Positions 20,022-29,700 of a DNA stretch of 64,000 nt are shown here, piece after piece. The notes beneath the pieces are model-generated. The model was not told where the DNA came from and searched no databases. It saw only the letters and a list, made by a program, of their open reading frames with translations. The DNA lies in NCBI GenBank assembly GCA_977020255.1, contig CDROCS010003649.1, positions 62,001 through 126,000 on the forward strand, written 5' to 3'. Position numbers and translations under genes: made by a program. This DNA comes from Obrimoposthia wandeli. Lineage: Eukaryota. Position 1 is the stretch's first letter. Every line of letters starts with the position of its first letter.

Positions 20022-20768
20022 TTATTCAGTTACTTGCATTCTCTGATTCTTAAAACCATCAATGATCATCTTCTGCTCTGAAGCTAAACCAAAAAAAGTC
20101 ACACCTAAAGCTGACCATTTTGGAATTAAACTAGCGTCTGCTATAAACATTCCCACTGGTTTCGCCGATTTTTTTGCCGCATCAATTATTTTTAAACTCG
20201 CATCAAATACTCGTTCGTCATTAACCGAATCTACATTATAGGCTACAGCTAAATCTACCTGCCCAATAAATAAAGCATCAACACCGTCAATCTCTGCAAT
20301 ACCATCAACATTAGTAACGCCTTCAGGATCTTCTATTTGCACAATAACCGTTGTTTTATTAGCACTATCTTTTAAATGTGAAGCCATTGTTTTACAAGTA
20401 TATTCTGCTGCTCTACTTGAACCAGCATAACCACGACCACCTTCGCCATAATGAGAATTTTTCACGATATTTTTGGCTTGTTCGGCAGTACATACGTGTG
20501 GAACAACAATACCATTAGCGCCACAGTCTAGCGCATTTAAAATGGTCGAAGGTAATGAGTTTTGAATTCTAACTAAAGACGGTAACGCTGTTAAACGTGC
20601 AGTCATAATACATAAATCTAAGGTTGCTCGATCAAACGGGCAATGTTCCGCATCAAAAATGACAAAATCCAACCCAGACAAACTAAGTATTTCAACAATA
20701 TGTGGATGTGGGGTTTTCATAAATGTACCAATTTGTTTTTCTTGTTTTAGTTGCTCTTTAAATTCCAT
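20022..20768 (-). CDS. HpcH/HpaI-family class II aldolase (2-keto-3-deoxy acid aldolase-like)
   Basis: Likely start MEFKEQLK; FVIFDAEH, GRGYAG, VQIED and IGQVDL motifs. Confidence 0.88.
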   Translation of the reverse strand: MEFKEQLKQEKQIGTFMKTPHPHIVEILSLSGLDFVIFDAEHCPFDRATLDLCIMTARLTALPSLVRIQNSLPSTILNALDCGANGIVVPHVCTAEQAKNIVKNSHYGEGGRGYAGSSRAAEYTCKTMASHLKDSANKTTVIVQIEDPEGVTNVDGIAEIDGVDALFIGQVDLAVAYNVDSVNDERVFDASLKIIDAAKKSAKPVGMFIADASLIPKWSALGVTFFGLASEQKMIIDGFKNQRMQVTE

Positions 20769-20998
20769 TTCAATATCTCTCATTATATTTTGCACTGGAA
20801 TGCAAAACTTAACATAAAAACACATTTTATATGTATATTTAATGTGACAAACATAGCAAATAATCGTTAAAAATCTAACTAAATTAAAACAAAACAAGTA
20901 TTACTTACACTTAAGACAAACAAAAACAACAACTTAAATCAAAAGCATTGACCACCGCCTAAAACTTGATATTTGTTACAAAGTTGTTTAGTGTTTAT

Positions 20999-21014
20999 TT
21001 GCATTCGTATCCAA
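20999..21014. promoter_or_regulatory. Candidate operator for the island LacI regulator
   Basis: ttgcattcgtatccaa, an imperfect palindrome with central CG, similar to the sites at 27532 and 27887. Confidence 0.55.
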
Positions 21015-21082
21015 AACGACTTTTAGCGTTGAAAGATATCTACCATTCATCACCTAAGATTCATACAACAGAGAGTTTATAT

Positions 21083-22375
21083 ATGACATATTTTATTAAA
21101 AACGGAATTGAACCTGAAGTTTCAGCATCAAATAATGAAAATGTACGCAATATCGTAGAAAACATTTTATCGAATATTGAAATAAATGGTGATGATGCCG
21201 TTAGAGAACTTTCCGAAAAATTTGATAACTGGTCGCCAGAGCAATTCCGACTAACAGAACAACAAATCCAGTTATGCGTAGATTCATTAGATGAACAAAC
21301 ACGTATTGATATTGAGTTTGCCCAAACACAAGTCCGTAATTTCGCTCAAATTCAACGTAACTCAATGCTTGATGTTGAAGTAGAAACAATCCCAGGCGTT
21401 ATACTTGGACATAAACATATTCCAGTAAGCAGCGTTGGTTGTTATATCCCAGGTGGTAAATACCCACTGGTTGCATCAGCACACATGAGCGTTCTAACAG
21501 CAAAAGTTGCTGGCGTAAAACGTGTAATCGCTTGTGCACCACCTTTTGATGGTAAGCCTAATGTTGCAATCGTTGCAGCAATGGCAATGGCCGGTGCCGA
21601 TGAAATTTATTGCATGGGTGGCGTACAAGCCGTTGGTGCAATGGCATTAGGAACAGAAACAATTGCCCCAGTAGATATGATCGTAGGTCCTGGTAATGCT
21701 TTTGTGGCTGAAGCGAAAAGACAATTATTCGGTCGTGTTGGTATTGATTTATTTGCTGGTCCAACTGAAACCTTAATCATTGCTGACGAGATAGGTTGTG
21801 ATCCTGAGCTAGCTGCTGCTGATATACTTGGTCAAGCCGAACATGGTTATAACTCACCTTCAATCTTACTGACTAACTCAGCAGACTTTGCACATAAAAC
21901 AATTGCTGAAGTGGCTCGCCAATTAACAATTTTACCAACTGCTGAAGTTGCCGCTAAAGCATGGGAAGACTATGGCCAAGTAATCGTTTGTGATACTTAC
22001 GCTGAGATGATTGAAGTCGCTAACGACTTAGCTTCAGAGCATGTTCAAGTAATGACTGAAGACCCACAATATTTCCTAAAACATATGGTTAATTTCGGTG
22101 CTTTATTCCTAGGTAAAGAAACAAACGTGTCTTACGGCGATAAATGTATTGGTACAAACCATACTTTACCAACGAACAAAGCAGCGCGTTATACCGGCGG
22201 TCTATGGGTAGGTAAATTTATTAAAACTTGTACATATCAACGTGTAACCGAAGAGGCATCATTGATGGTTGGTGAATATTGCTCTCGCCTATGTGCACTT
22301 GAAGGTTTTGCAGGACATAAAGAGCAAGCAGACATTCGTGTTCGTCGTTACAAAAAGCAAGCTGTAGAGGCATAA
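21083..22375 (+). CDS. Histidinol dehydrogenase-family NAD+ dehydrogenase, HpsN (sulfopropanediol dehydrogenase)-like paralogue
   Basis: Start MTYFIK after agagag; [42 protein letters not shown] motifs; not in a his operon. Confidence 0.85.
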   Translation: MTYFIKNGIEPEVSASNNENVRNIVENILSNIEINGDDAVRELSEKFDNWSPEQFRLTEQQIQLCVDSLDEQTRIDIEFAQTQVRNFAQIQRNSMLDVEVETIPGVILGHKHIPVSSVGCYIPGGKYPLVASAHMSVLTAKVAGVKRVIACAPPFDGKPNVAIVAAMAMAGADEIYCMGGVQAVGAMALGTETIAPVDMIVGPGNAFVAEAKRQLFGRVGIDLFAGPTETLIIADEIGCDPELAAADILGQAEHGYNSPSILLTNSADFAHKTIAEVARQLTILPTAEVAAKAWEDYGQVIVCDTYAEMIEVANDLASEHVQVMTEDPQYFLKHMVNFGALFLGKETNVSYGDKCIGTNHTLPTNKAARYTGGLWVGKFIKTCTYQRVTEEASLMVGEYCSRLCALEGFAGHKEQADIRVRRYKKQAVEA

Positions 22376-22376
22376 C

Positions 22377-23111
22377 ATGAAAAAATTAGCATTAGTAACA
22401 GGAGGCAGTGGCGGGCTTGGCGCTGCTATCTGCAAGAAGTTAGCGGCAAGTGGCTACAATGTTATCGTCACATATAACTCGAATAAAGTAGCGGCAGAAT
22501 CTGTTTTAGCTTCTTTATCGGCAGGTGAGCATTGTATACATAAGCTAGAGATGACTGACTCTCAAGCAATATCAGCACTGGCAAAGCAGCTAGAACGTGA
22601 CAATCAAGATTTAGATTTATTGGTTAATTGCGCTGGTATGACGAAGTTTGTAGCGCATCACGATCTGGATGGATTATCTGATGAACTAATGGATCAAATA
22701 TTTAGCGTTAATGTGAGAGCACCATTTGCCATGGTACGTGCATTTCAGCCTGCGCTTAAGCGCACCAAAGGTTGTGTCGTTAATATTACCTCGATTGCAG
22801 CACAAACTGCGATGGGCAGTAACATTGCTTATTGTGCAAGTAAATCTGCAGTTGAAAACATGACACGTTCATTGGCAAGAGCGCTTTCACCTGACATTCG
22901 AGTGCTCGCTGTAGCGCCCGGTTTAGTTGATACCGATTTTGTGAAAGGTTTGGATAGCGATTGGCGTAATGCACAACAACAAGCAACACCATTACAACGA
23001 TTGGCGCTTGAAGAAGAAGTTGCCGACGCGGTGTTTGTTGCTGCTGACGTGATGACGTTTTCAACGGGCTGCACGATTCCAGTTGATGGCGGACGTCCAC
23101 TCGGCATTTAG
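22377..23111 (+). CDS. Short-chain dehydrogenase/reductase
   Basis: TGGSGGLG, NCAG, S..A, YCASK catalytic motif. Confidence 0.92.
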   Translation: MKKLALVTGGSGGLGAAICKKLAASGYNVIVTYNSNKVAAESVLASLSAGEHCIHKLEMTDSQAISALAKQLERDNQDLDLLVNCAGMTKFVAHHDLDGLSDELMDQIFSVNVRAPFAMVRAFQPALKRTKGCVVNITSIAAQTAMGSNIAYCASKSAVENMTRSLARALSPDIRVLAVAPGLVDTDFVKGLDSDWRNAQQQATPLQRLALEEEVADAVFVAADVMTFSTGCTIPVDGGRPLGI

Positions 23112-23145
23112 TTGCCAGCTTTAGCTATTTAATCAAGGATTTAAG

Positions 23146-24150
23146 ATGACGTTACAAGATAAAATGAATTCGTCGCTAGTACGTTACATGGAGCTTATTC
23201 CTGGAACGAGCGCTTTCATTGACGCGAGAACACCCGGCAGCGATCGCAAAGATAACTTTTGCATCATTGGTGCTGGCGTAGCAGAAAGCACTCGCCAACA
23301 TGTACATATTCGTGAGACAGCGGGCTTTAATATTGGTGCTGCAGGGCAACCTCCAGGTATCAAAAATTCGCTGCACTCTCACCATACTGCAGAATTATTT
23401 TTAGTCTTCAAAGGTAAGTTCCGTTTTTATTGGGGCAATGAAGGCGAAAACGAAGCAATATTATCAGCTGGTGATGTTATTTCGATACCCACTAATTTAT
23501 TTAGAGGCTTTGAAGTCGTTGGTCGTGATTATGGCTTTATGTATTCAGTTCTAGGCGGTGATAATTCTGGCGGCGGTGTGATTTGGCACCCTAAAGTAAT
23601 TACCGATAGTCAGCATTATGGTTTATTTTTAAAAGCTGACGGTACTTTAATCGACACGATCGATGGTGATGCAGAAGTATCAGATGAGCAACTTATGCCG
23701 TTATTAACTGCGCACGAAATGCAGCAGTTTGACCATTACAGCGCAGCTGACATGATGGCGTTTGTAGCCTTGAAAAAAGATTACAAAGCCACGCAAAACG
23801 ATTTTTCGCAAAGCGATTATCAACAGTTTGCATTAACAGGTCATCCGCAAGCGGGTTACGATTACCAAGTTAAAAGTGCTGATGACGTCAGTATCAACGC
23901 ATATAGTTTAAGTCAGGGTAATAGCATTCCAATGCATACCCGAACCGACAAACAAGTGTTGATTAACTTTGAAGGTGATACTGAAATTAGCATCGGAAAA
24001 GACAATGAGATCGCAACGGTACTATTAACCACAGGTGATGTTTTAAATATCCCTGAAGGTGCTGCGATTAGCTTAACCAATAAACGTGGTACTAGCTTTG
24101 TGTATTATATCTTGGGTAATGATCAACCTGCTTACCCAGAGACTGCATAA
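23146..24150 (+). CDS. Bicupin-domain protein
   Basis: N-terminal cupin HSHHTAELF...GDVISIPTNLFRGF and a degenerate C-terminal cupin (PMHTR...GDVLNIP). Confidence 0.75.
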   Translation: MTLQDKMNSSLVRYMELIPGTSAFIDARTPGSDRKDNFCIIGAGVAESTRQHVHIRETAGFNIGAAGQPPGIKNSLHSHHTAELFLVFKGKFRFYWGNEGENEAILSAGDVISIPTNLFRGFEVVGRDYGFMYSVLGGDNSGGGVIWHPKVITDSQHYGLFLKADGTLIDTIDGDAEVSDEQLMPLLTAHEMQQFDHYSAADMMAFVALKKDYKATQNDFSQSDYQQFALTGHPQAGYDYQVKSADDVSINAYSLSQGNSIPMHTRTDKQVLINFEGDTEISIGKDNEIATVLLTTGDVLNIPEGAAISLTNKRGTSFVYYILGNDQPAYPETA

Positions 24151-24890
24151 TGTTAGCCAATACCAAGCAATCAATACCTTTGCTTTTGGTACCAGGGCTG
24201 CTTTGCAATGAAGCGTTATTTGAGCCTATTTATAAGGAACTACCCGCTTGGGTAGTTCCTCGGTATATGCGCCTTAATAACAGCAACTCGACCAGTGAGT
24301 TAGCCAAGCATATTCTCAGAGATGCTCCCGCTAAATTTATTTTAGCGGGTTTATCAATGGGTGGTATTTTAGCATTCGAAATTTACAGACAAGCACCTGA
24401 AAGGGTTACAGGTCTTATTTTAATGGATACTAATGCTGCCAGTGAGAAAATAGCCGCTACCGAAAAAAGAAATGCCTTGGTAGATAAAGCGCAGGCTGGT
24501 GATTTTTCATCAATCACGCCGACCATTTTAATGCCTTATCTTATCCACCCATCAAGATTGCATGACATCGCGTTAACCTCGGCTATTACGGCGATGGCTG
24601 ATGATATCGGAGTCGAACATTTTGCCGCGCATGCACAAGCTCTAGCGACGCGTTTAGATAGCATTTCATTGCTGGCAAGCATCAATGTACCGACATTAAT
24701 TATTACCGGTAGCCACGATGCGCTATGCCCACGACAAAACCACTTAACCATGGCTGAGCACATTAATACTGTGTCTATGCATGTGATTCCAGAGTGCGGT
24801 CATTTATCGACAATGGAACAGCCACAGCTCGTTGGTCAACATATCAGAGACTGGTTAAATTATCATTATGATACAAGCACTACGCTTTAA
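24150..24890 (+). CDS. Alpha/beta hydrolase
   Basis: VPGLL oxyanion loop, GLSMGG nucleophile elbow, GSHD and CGH acid/His; overlaps the cupin stop codon. Confidence 0.9.
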   Translation: MLANTKQSIPLLLVPGLLCNEALFEPIYKELPAWVVPRYMRLNNSNSTSELAKHILRDAPAKFILAGLSMGGILAFEIYRQAPERVTGLILMDTNAASEKIAATEKRNALVDKAQAGDFSSITPTILMPYLIHPSRLHDIALTSAITAMADDIGVEHFAAHAQALATRLDSISLLASINVPTLIITGSHDALCPRQNHLTMAEHINTVSMHVIPECGHLSTMEQPQLVGQHIRDWLNYHYDTSTTL

Positions 24891-24912
24891 AACATCGTTA
24901 TAATATGAAGTA

Positions 24913-24950
24913 TAAAAAAGGCCGTTAACTAAGTTAACGGCCTTTTTATT
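24913..24950. terminator. Bidirectional terminator between the two convergent island operons
   Basis: aaaaaaggccgttaac-taa-gttaacggcctttttatt. Confidence 0.85.
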
Positions 24951-24959
24951 GTCAGTAAA

Positions 24960-25916
24960 CTATGACTCTATTTGTTGTAATATTTGCTTCCATACTGCGA
25001 TTTCATCATAGAAGGCAAACTCACGTCTAATCCCCCAAGGCCCGAACTCAGCGTGACAAATACCCATCACATATACATCGGCGTTAGTTGGTTGGCCAAA
25101 TGCGCCAAAGCCCTCATGCTTACCTTCAAGGCTCCAGCGTATCGCAGCTCTTGGAGACATGTTACCGCCCTCTAAGCCGATTTGATGATGTATTTTAAAT
25201 ATAGCATTGGGAAACGCAGAGCGTAATTGCACCCAAAAATGATCGATACCTGCATGTGACAGCACATTTTTACCACCAGCATACTCACCAATACATGCAC
25301 GATCATACGCTTGATTAATAACCGCGAAATTAGCCGCCATAATCGATTCTAATACTTCCGCATATTGGCTGCCCCAAGTGCTGTCATTACCTTTATTTTG
25401 ATAAGGACCTTGGATATCGTCTTTAGGTAAGAAAACCGCTTTGCTCTTCTCTGAGCCACCTTCATCGGCAATCAACTTACGTGCAAATTCTTTTGGTGTA
25501 TAACCCGACTGGCGAGCAATTGCGCCCTGATCTCGAATTAACCATTCGTCATCAATTTGGTTATTTTTAGCATGGCAATCGGCAATAATCCTAAATTTCA
25601 ATTTACTGCCCGTTTCACAATCGGTAGCCGTCGAAATAATACGGTGCGAAGAAAGTAATCCCTCTTCGGCTGAACCACTCCATATTACATCTTCACCAAA
25701 CAGTGTTCGGTCTGGATATCTGGCTAATACTTCCATGGTTTTGTTAATCACATCATCTTTACCGACTGCGATGCCCAATGGCGTACGAACAATAATATCT
25801 TTTGCATAATAATCATGCAGGGTATGTAACCCTCTGTCTTCCCAAATTTCTTTGGTGATCCCTAAAATATAATGTGGAAAATTGTTCCACTTAGGATCAA
25901 AGCCAGCTAATTTCAT
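24960..25916 (-). CDS. Tandem SnoaL/NTF2-like (ester cyclase family) domain protein
   Basis: LRSAFPNAIFKIHH...IRWSLEGKHEGFGAFGQPT in the C-terminal domain, plus an N-terminal NTF2-like domain. Confidence 0.75.
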   Translation of the reverse strand: MKLAGFDPKWNNFPHYILGITKEIWEDRGLHTLHDYYAKDIIVRTPLGIAVGKDDVINKTMEVLARYPDRTLFGEDVIWSGSAEEGLLSSHRIISTATDCETGSKLKFRIIADCHAKNNQIDDEWLIRDQGAIARQSGYTPKEFARKLIADEGGSEKSKAVFLPKDDIQGPYQNKGNDSTWGSQYAEVLESIMAANFAVINQAYDRACIGEYAGGKNVLSHAGIDHFWVQLRSAFPNAIFKIHHQIGLEGGNMSPRAAIRWSLEGKHEGFGAFGQPTNADVYVMGICHAEFGPWGIRREFAFYDEIAVWKQILQQIES

Positions 25917-25931
25917 TCGATTTTCCTTAAT

Positions 25932-26948
25932 CTAACGTGAAAAGTTACGATAACGTGCTTTATTAAACTCTCTCATTCTTGCTAATACATCGACGCCTAA
26001 CTGCTGATAAACGTCAAGAATGTCGACCAATACCCAGTTCTCTCGAATGACATTACCTTCACAGCGCCAAAAGTCTAGGCTTCGCATCGTGATTTTTTGA
26101 TTGGATGGCGCAATACCCAACCAACCTCCCCCTGAGACTGTCATTTCCATGCCAGGCCAAGCGGTAAAGGCAACATAATTATTATCCGAAAACAGATAAC
26201 CATTTCCTTCTTTGACTCTTCTGTTTGGTAGTGCATTTAAAAATGGTATTTGATGCCAGTTTCTAAAGCCACTAATACCACGGCAAGTACCAATGCCTGC
26301 AGGCCCATACCAAGTGCTATGTGGGTGCCAATATTGTTCTAACTGCATCGCTTCAACACCACCATTTGCATAAGCAGACAGTCCTGTAAGCATATTAATA
26401 ACCGTGTCTGAACTTGCCGCCGATAAGTCTGCAGAGCGAGATGTGTTTATACCATCTAAAGTGGCAGGTCCAGGGGCATGGCATTCACGTCCTAAACTAG
26501 GACTCATTGGCCATGCATTTGCCTGCATCATGACTTCTGGAATATCCCACAGCGATTGTATTTCAACAACCTGACCATCTTCAATATTGTAGAATTCATG
26601 AAAACGCATGAAAACTTGATGTCCTGTCGGTGGAATATCTAACCAAGGTTCTAAAAATGTACCGGTATAATAACCCGCACACCCAACCCAGTTTTTACCA
26701 TTAGCATGTCCTGATGTACGAATGTATGTACGTTTTTCCAGATCCGGTATCGCCATCAACAAAGGTTTATATACTGTGTCTAATAACGCACTTCTATCCG
26801 CTAACGTTTCAAAAGGGTAAGACATTTGAATTATCGCATCAGCACTTATATTTGCATCTATAAATGCCCTGATTGCAGCCTCATCAAAGTTATACATCAA
26901 TTCATTTAACTTATTAATTAAGCAATGATTGTTTAAATAATCAGACAT
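25932..26948 (-). CDS. Tandem SnoaL-like ester cyclase domain protein
   Basis: Likely start MSDYLNN; WLDIPPTG...FHEFYNIEDGQVVE and WLGIAPSNQKITMRSLDFWRCEGNVIRENWVLVD repeats. Confidence 0.8.
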   Translation of the reverse strand: MSDYLNNHCLINKLNELMYNFDEAAIRAFIDANISADAIIQMSYPFETLADRSALLDTVYKPLLMAIPDLEKRTYIRTSGHANGKNWVGCAGYYTGTFLEPWLDIPPTGHQVFMRFHEFYNIEDGQVVEIQSLWDIPEVMMQANAWPMSPSLGRECHAPGPATLDGINTSRSADLSAASSDTVINMLTGLSAYANGGVEAMQLEQYWHPHSTWYGPAGIGTCRGISGFRNWHQIPFLNALPNRRVKEGNGYLFSDNNYVAFTAWPGMEMTVSGGGWLGIAPSNQKITMRSLDFWRCEGNVIRENWVLVDILDVYQQLGVDVLARMREFNKARYRNFSR

Positions 26949-27483
26949 CCTTACCACCTTGATAAAGCGGGTTTTCCATACTGTCTTTGTGTTCCCAGCC
27001 ATGCCCAGAGAAAGGGTCTAAACCAAGTTGCATCATGACACTTGGAAAATCCACCATGACATAATTATCCACAATTTTACCGTCGACAACTTTCCAGAAA
27101 TCCATATATCGAATGATTACTTTTTTACCGGTCGGCGCTAATCCCATAAATGCACCACTGTGTATCGCTTCTTGACGACCAAATGCAGCGCACCATTCAC
27201 CTTCAGTTAACCTAGCTTCATCGATACAAACCTTATCAGAAAAAGCATCTTGGAAAGGTTGTTGCCAATTATTTTGAAATTCACTGAGATCTTTCTTAAA
27301 TCCACAACCTGCATTACCCATCCAACGAAATGATTCAGAAAAAAATCGGCCCATGCCGGCAATATCATGATCATTCAACCCATCAACCATTGAATCAATC
27401 ACCGCAATCGTTGCTGTGGTTTTGGTTAAATCATTGTTATTAGTAAGTTCGCCTTGCATTGGGCGGCTGTTTTTAAGATCCAT
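26941..27483 (-). CDS. Single SnoaL-like ester cyclase domain protein
   Basis: Start MDLKNS after GGAGGA; HSGAFMGLAPTGKKVIIRYMDFWKVVDGKIVDNYV. Confidence 0.85.
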   Translation of the reverse strand: MDLKNSRPMQGELTNNNDLTKTTATIAVIDSMVDGLNDHDIAGMGRFFSESFRWMGNAGCGFKKDLSEFQNNWQQPFQDAFSDKVCIDEARLTEGEWCAAFGRQEAIHSGAFMGLAPTGKKVIIRYMDFWKVVDGKIVDNYVMVDFPSVMMQLGLDPFSGHGWEHKDSMENPLYQGGKDV

Positions 27484-27531
27484 TAATCCTCCAGTGATAT
27501 ATGATTTTAATTTATTAACACCAAAACCACA

Positions 27532-27547
27532 TTGCATTCGAAGTCAA
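27532..27547. promoter_or_regulatory. Candidate LacI-family operator upstream of the SnoaL operon
   Basis: ttgcattcgaagtcaa. Confidence 0.45.
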
Positions 27548-27611
27548 AAGTGGTTTGGAGTTGTAATCTAGCAATTTTACATCATAAATAGATAATCAAA
27601 TCGCTTGGTTA

Positions 27612-27627
27612 TGTGATACCAGTCAAA
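27612..27627. promoter_or_regulatory. Candidate CRP site in the divergent SnoaL/symporter promoter
   Basis: TGTGA-taccag-TCAAA against consensus TGTGA-N6-TCACA. Confidence 0.5.
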
Positions 27628-27885
27628 ATCATTTATAGAAATAGTGATATCGACAATAAAACTTTCAGTTATTTAATCTTTAAAATTAAAAAAATCTTAT
27701 TAAAACATGCTTAAAATTGATAAACATCATTAAAACAGTCATTTTTCGAGACGGATGTATCATAAATGTTAAATAAAACAGATTCAACACCAAAAATAGA
27801 AACAATTAATTGACATATCTTCCCTGTAATTCAATTATCACTGTGCATTATTCATCACGACATGCTTTGTTGACCCAGTTTTGAT

Positions 27886-27903
27886 TTTGAATACGTATTC
27901 AAA
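27886..27903. promoter_or_regulatory. Perfect 18-bp palindrome, candidate LacI-family operator upstream of the symporter
   Basis: tttgaatacgtattcaaa. Confidence 0.6.
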
Positions 27904-27957
27904 TCACAGCAAAACGTTTGGCGATGAACTTATATCAAATATAAAGGATTGTAATAT

Positions 27958-29694
27958 ATGTATGAGTTTGGAATTTTAAATTGGAGTGTTCTTGGCGGTT
28001 ATATCGTCTTGACCCTTATTTTAGGGGCTATTGTCGGTAAGAAGGTCTCTTCCGCTGGTGAGTTTGCATTGGGTGATAAAACCATACCTTGGTGGGCGAT
28101 TGGTATATCCGTCGTGAGTACTTATGTAAGTGCGATGTCTTTTTTAGGTGGCCCAGCATGGTCTTATAAAGAAGGTCTATCTGTTATTGCAATACACCTG
28201 AATTACCCTCTGGTTATTCTATTTGTTGTCGCTGTATTTATGCCCTTCTTTTACAATACCGGCCTCACGTCCATTTATGAATATCAAGAACGACGATTCG
28301 GTAAAATATCTCGCTTAACTCTTTCAATTATATTTTTAATTAAGCAATCAATTAGCTCTGCAGCGGTACTTTACGCAACAGCCTTGATTCTTGAATTTAT
28401 CACCGGACTCGATGTTGGTTACTGTATTCTGATTGTAACTGTAATTGCCCTTGCATATACCATGATGGGCGGTATCGCGGCGGTAATTTGGACCGATGTA
28501 CTGCAAGCCGGCATTCTATTTATTGGTGCACTGATCATCTTCTACGCAGTCTGGAACGGCATGCCTGCGCCAATGACAGATGTAATGGCACAACTAAAAG
28601 CTGAAGGCATGACCCAAGCGTTAAATACCTCGATGAATTTAAGCGAAGTAACAACGGTTTGGGCTGGTGTGATCGCAATGACCATGTTCCATACGACTGT
28701 TTACGGTGGCAACCAGATGATGGTGCAACGCTGTATGGCAGCTAAAAACATGGGTGATGCGAAAAAATCTATGTTGATGATGGGTTATGTAGCCTTCTTT
28801 ATTTACTTTGTATTTATCTTATTAGGCATCTTCTTTAATGCTTATTACGAAGGTAAACCGTTTGATAATGGCAATACGATCATCCTAACTTATGCGAGTG
28901 AATATGGCATGCCAGGTTTGATGGGTATCATTGCAGCTGCAATCTTAGCGGCAAGTATGTCTAGCCTTGATTCTGCCTTCAACTCGATGGCAACGGTTTC
29001 GGTAGAGGATTTCTATAAGCGCTTCTACAAACAGAATGAGTCAGATGCACATTACTTAAAAGCATCAAGAGTATTTACATGTATTTGGGCAGTTCTGGTT
29101 ATCGTGCCAGCACTCATGTTTGCTTCGAGCACAGGTTCTGTTCTGGAAGTATTAAGTAAAGCTGGTTCGTACTTTGTAGGCGCTGGTTTCTGTATGTTTG
29201 TATTAGGTTTCTACTCTAAACATATTACCGAAAAAGGTTTGTTAACAGGTGTAGCAGCAAGCTTCTTTGCCATTATGTTTGTAGCAACAACAACAGACGT
29301 ATCATGGCCTTGGTACTGTGCCGTAGGTGTAATGGTTAATACTGTTGTAGCTTATGTTGCTAGTCTAGTATTAACGGGTAAGCAAACTGAAATGCACCTT
29401 TACACTGTAAAAGGTCAGCAAGCTGAATATGCTCGATTAAATAAACCAACAATGGAAAATGGTTGGTATTTAATTCCGGGTAAAATAGACAAAGCAAGTT
29501 ATGGTTTAATCGTTATGTTCTTTATGTCGTTGCTATTCTTATACGGTATTAATGAATTTGCAGACCAACCAGAAAACTTAATTCTCTTTGCTCAAGTTTC
29601 TGTATTTATTTTAGTTTCAACGGTAATTTCGTATTTTGTTAAGGTGTTCTTAAGCTCAAAAGAAAAAAGAAATCTGAGCTACGTAACAAAATAA
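27958..29694 (+). CDS. Sodium:solute symporter (SSS) family transporter
   Basis: WWAIGISVVSTYVSAMSFLG, YEYQERRFG, GGIAAVIWTDVLQ, AASMSSLDSAFNS motifs. Confidence 0.93.
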   Translation: MYEFGILNWSVLGGYIVLTLILGAIVGKKVSSAGEFALGDKTIPWWAIGISVVSTYVSAMSFLGGPAWSYKEGLSVIAIHLNYPLVILFVVAVFMPFFYNTGLTSIYEYQERRFGKISRLTLSIIFLIKQSISSAAVLYATALILEFITGLDVGYCILIVTVIALAYTMMGGIAAVIWTDVLQAGILFIGALIIFYAVWNGMPAPMTDVMAQLKAEGMTQALNTSMNLSEVTTVWAGVIAMTMFHTTVYGGNQMMVQRCMAAKNMGDAKKSMLMMGYVAFFIYFVFILLGIFFNAYYEGKPFDNGNTIILTYASEYGMPGLMGIIAAAILAASMSSLDSAFNSMATVSVEDFYKRFYKQNESDAHYLKASRVFTCIWAVLVIVPALMFASSTGSVLEVLSKAGSYFVGAGFCMFVLGFYSKHITEKGLLTGVAASFFAIMFVATTTDVSWPWYCAVGVMVNTVVAYVASLVLTGKQTEMHLYTVKGQQAEYARLNKPTMENGWYLIPGKIDKASYGLIVMFFMSLLFLYGINEFADQPENLILFAQVSVFILVSTVISYFVKVFLSSKEKRNLSYVTK

Positions 29695-29700
29695 TATATA

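Noticed and set aside
21083-22375. Calling the gene hisD
   Set aside because: No other his genes nearby, catabolic context, and motifs (QAEHG, GDK) closer to HpsN-type paralogues as I recall them
6035-27537. Longer N-termini in the ORF track for prmA, the LPP20 genes, rpsU, the aldolase, the hisD-like gene and two SnoaL genes
   Set aside because: Downstream Met codons fit family N-termini, lipoboxes and Shine-Dalgarno sites better
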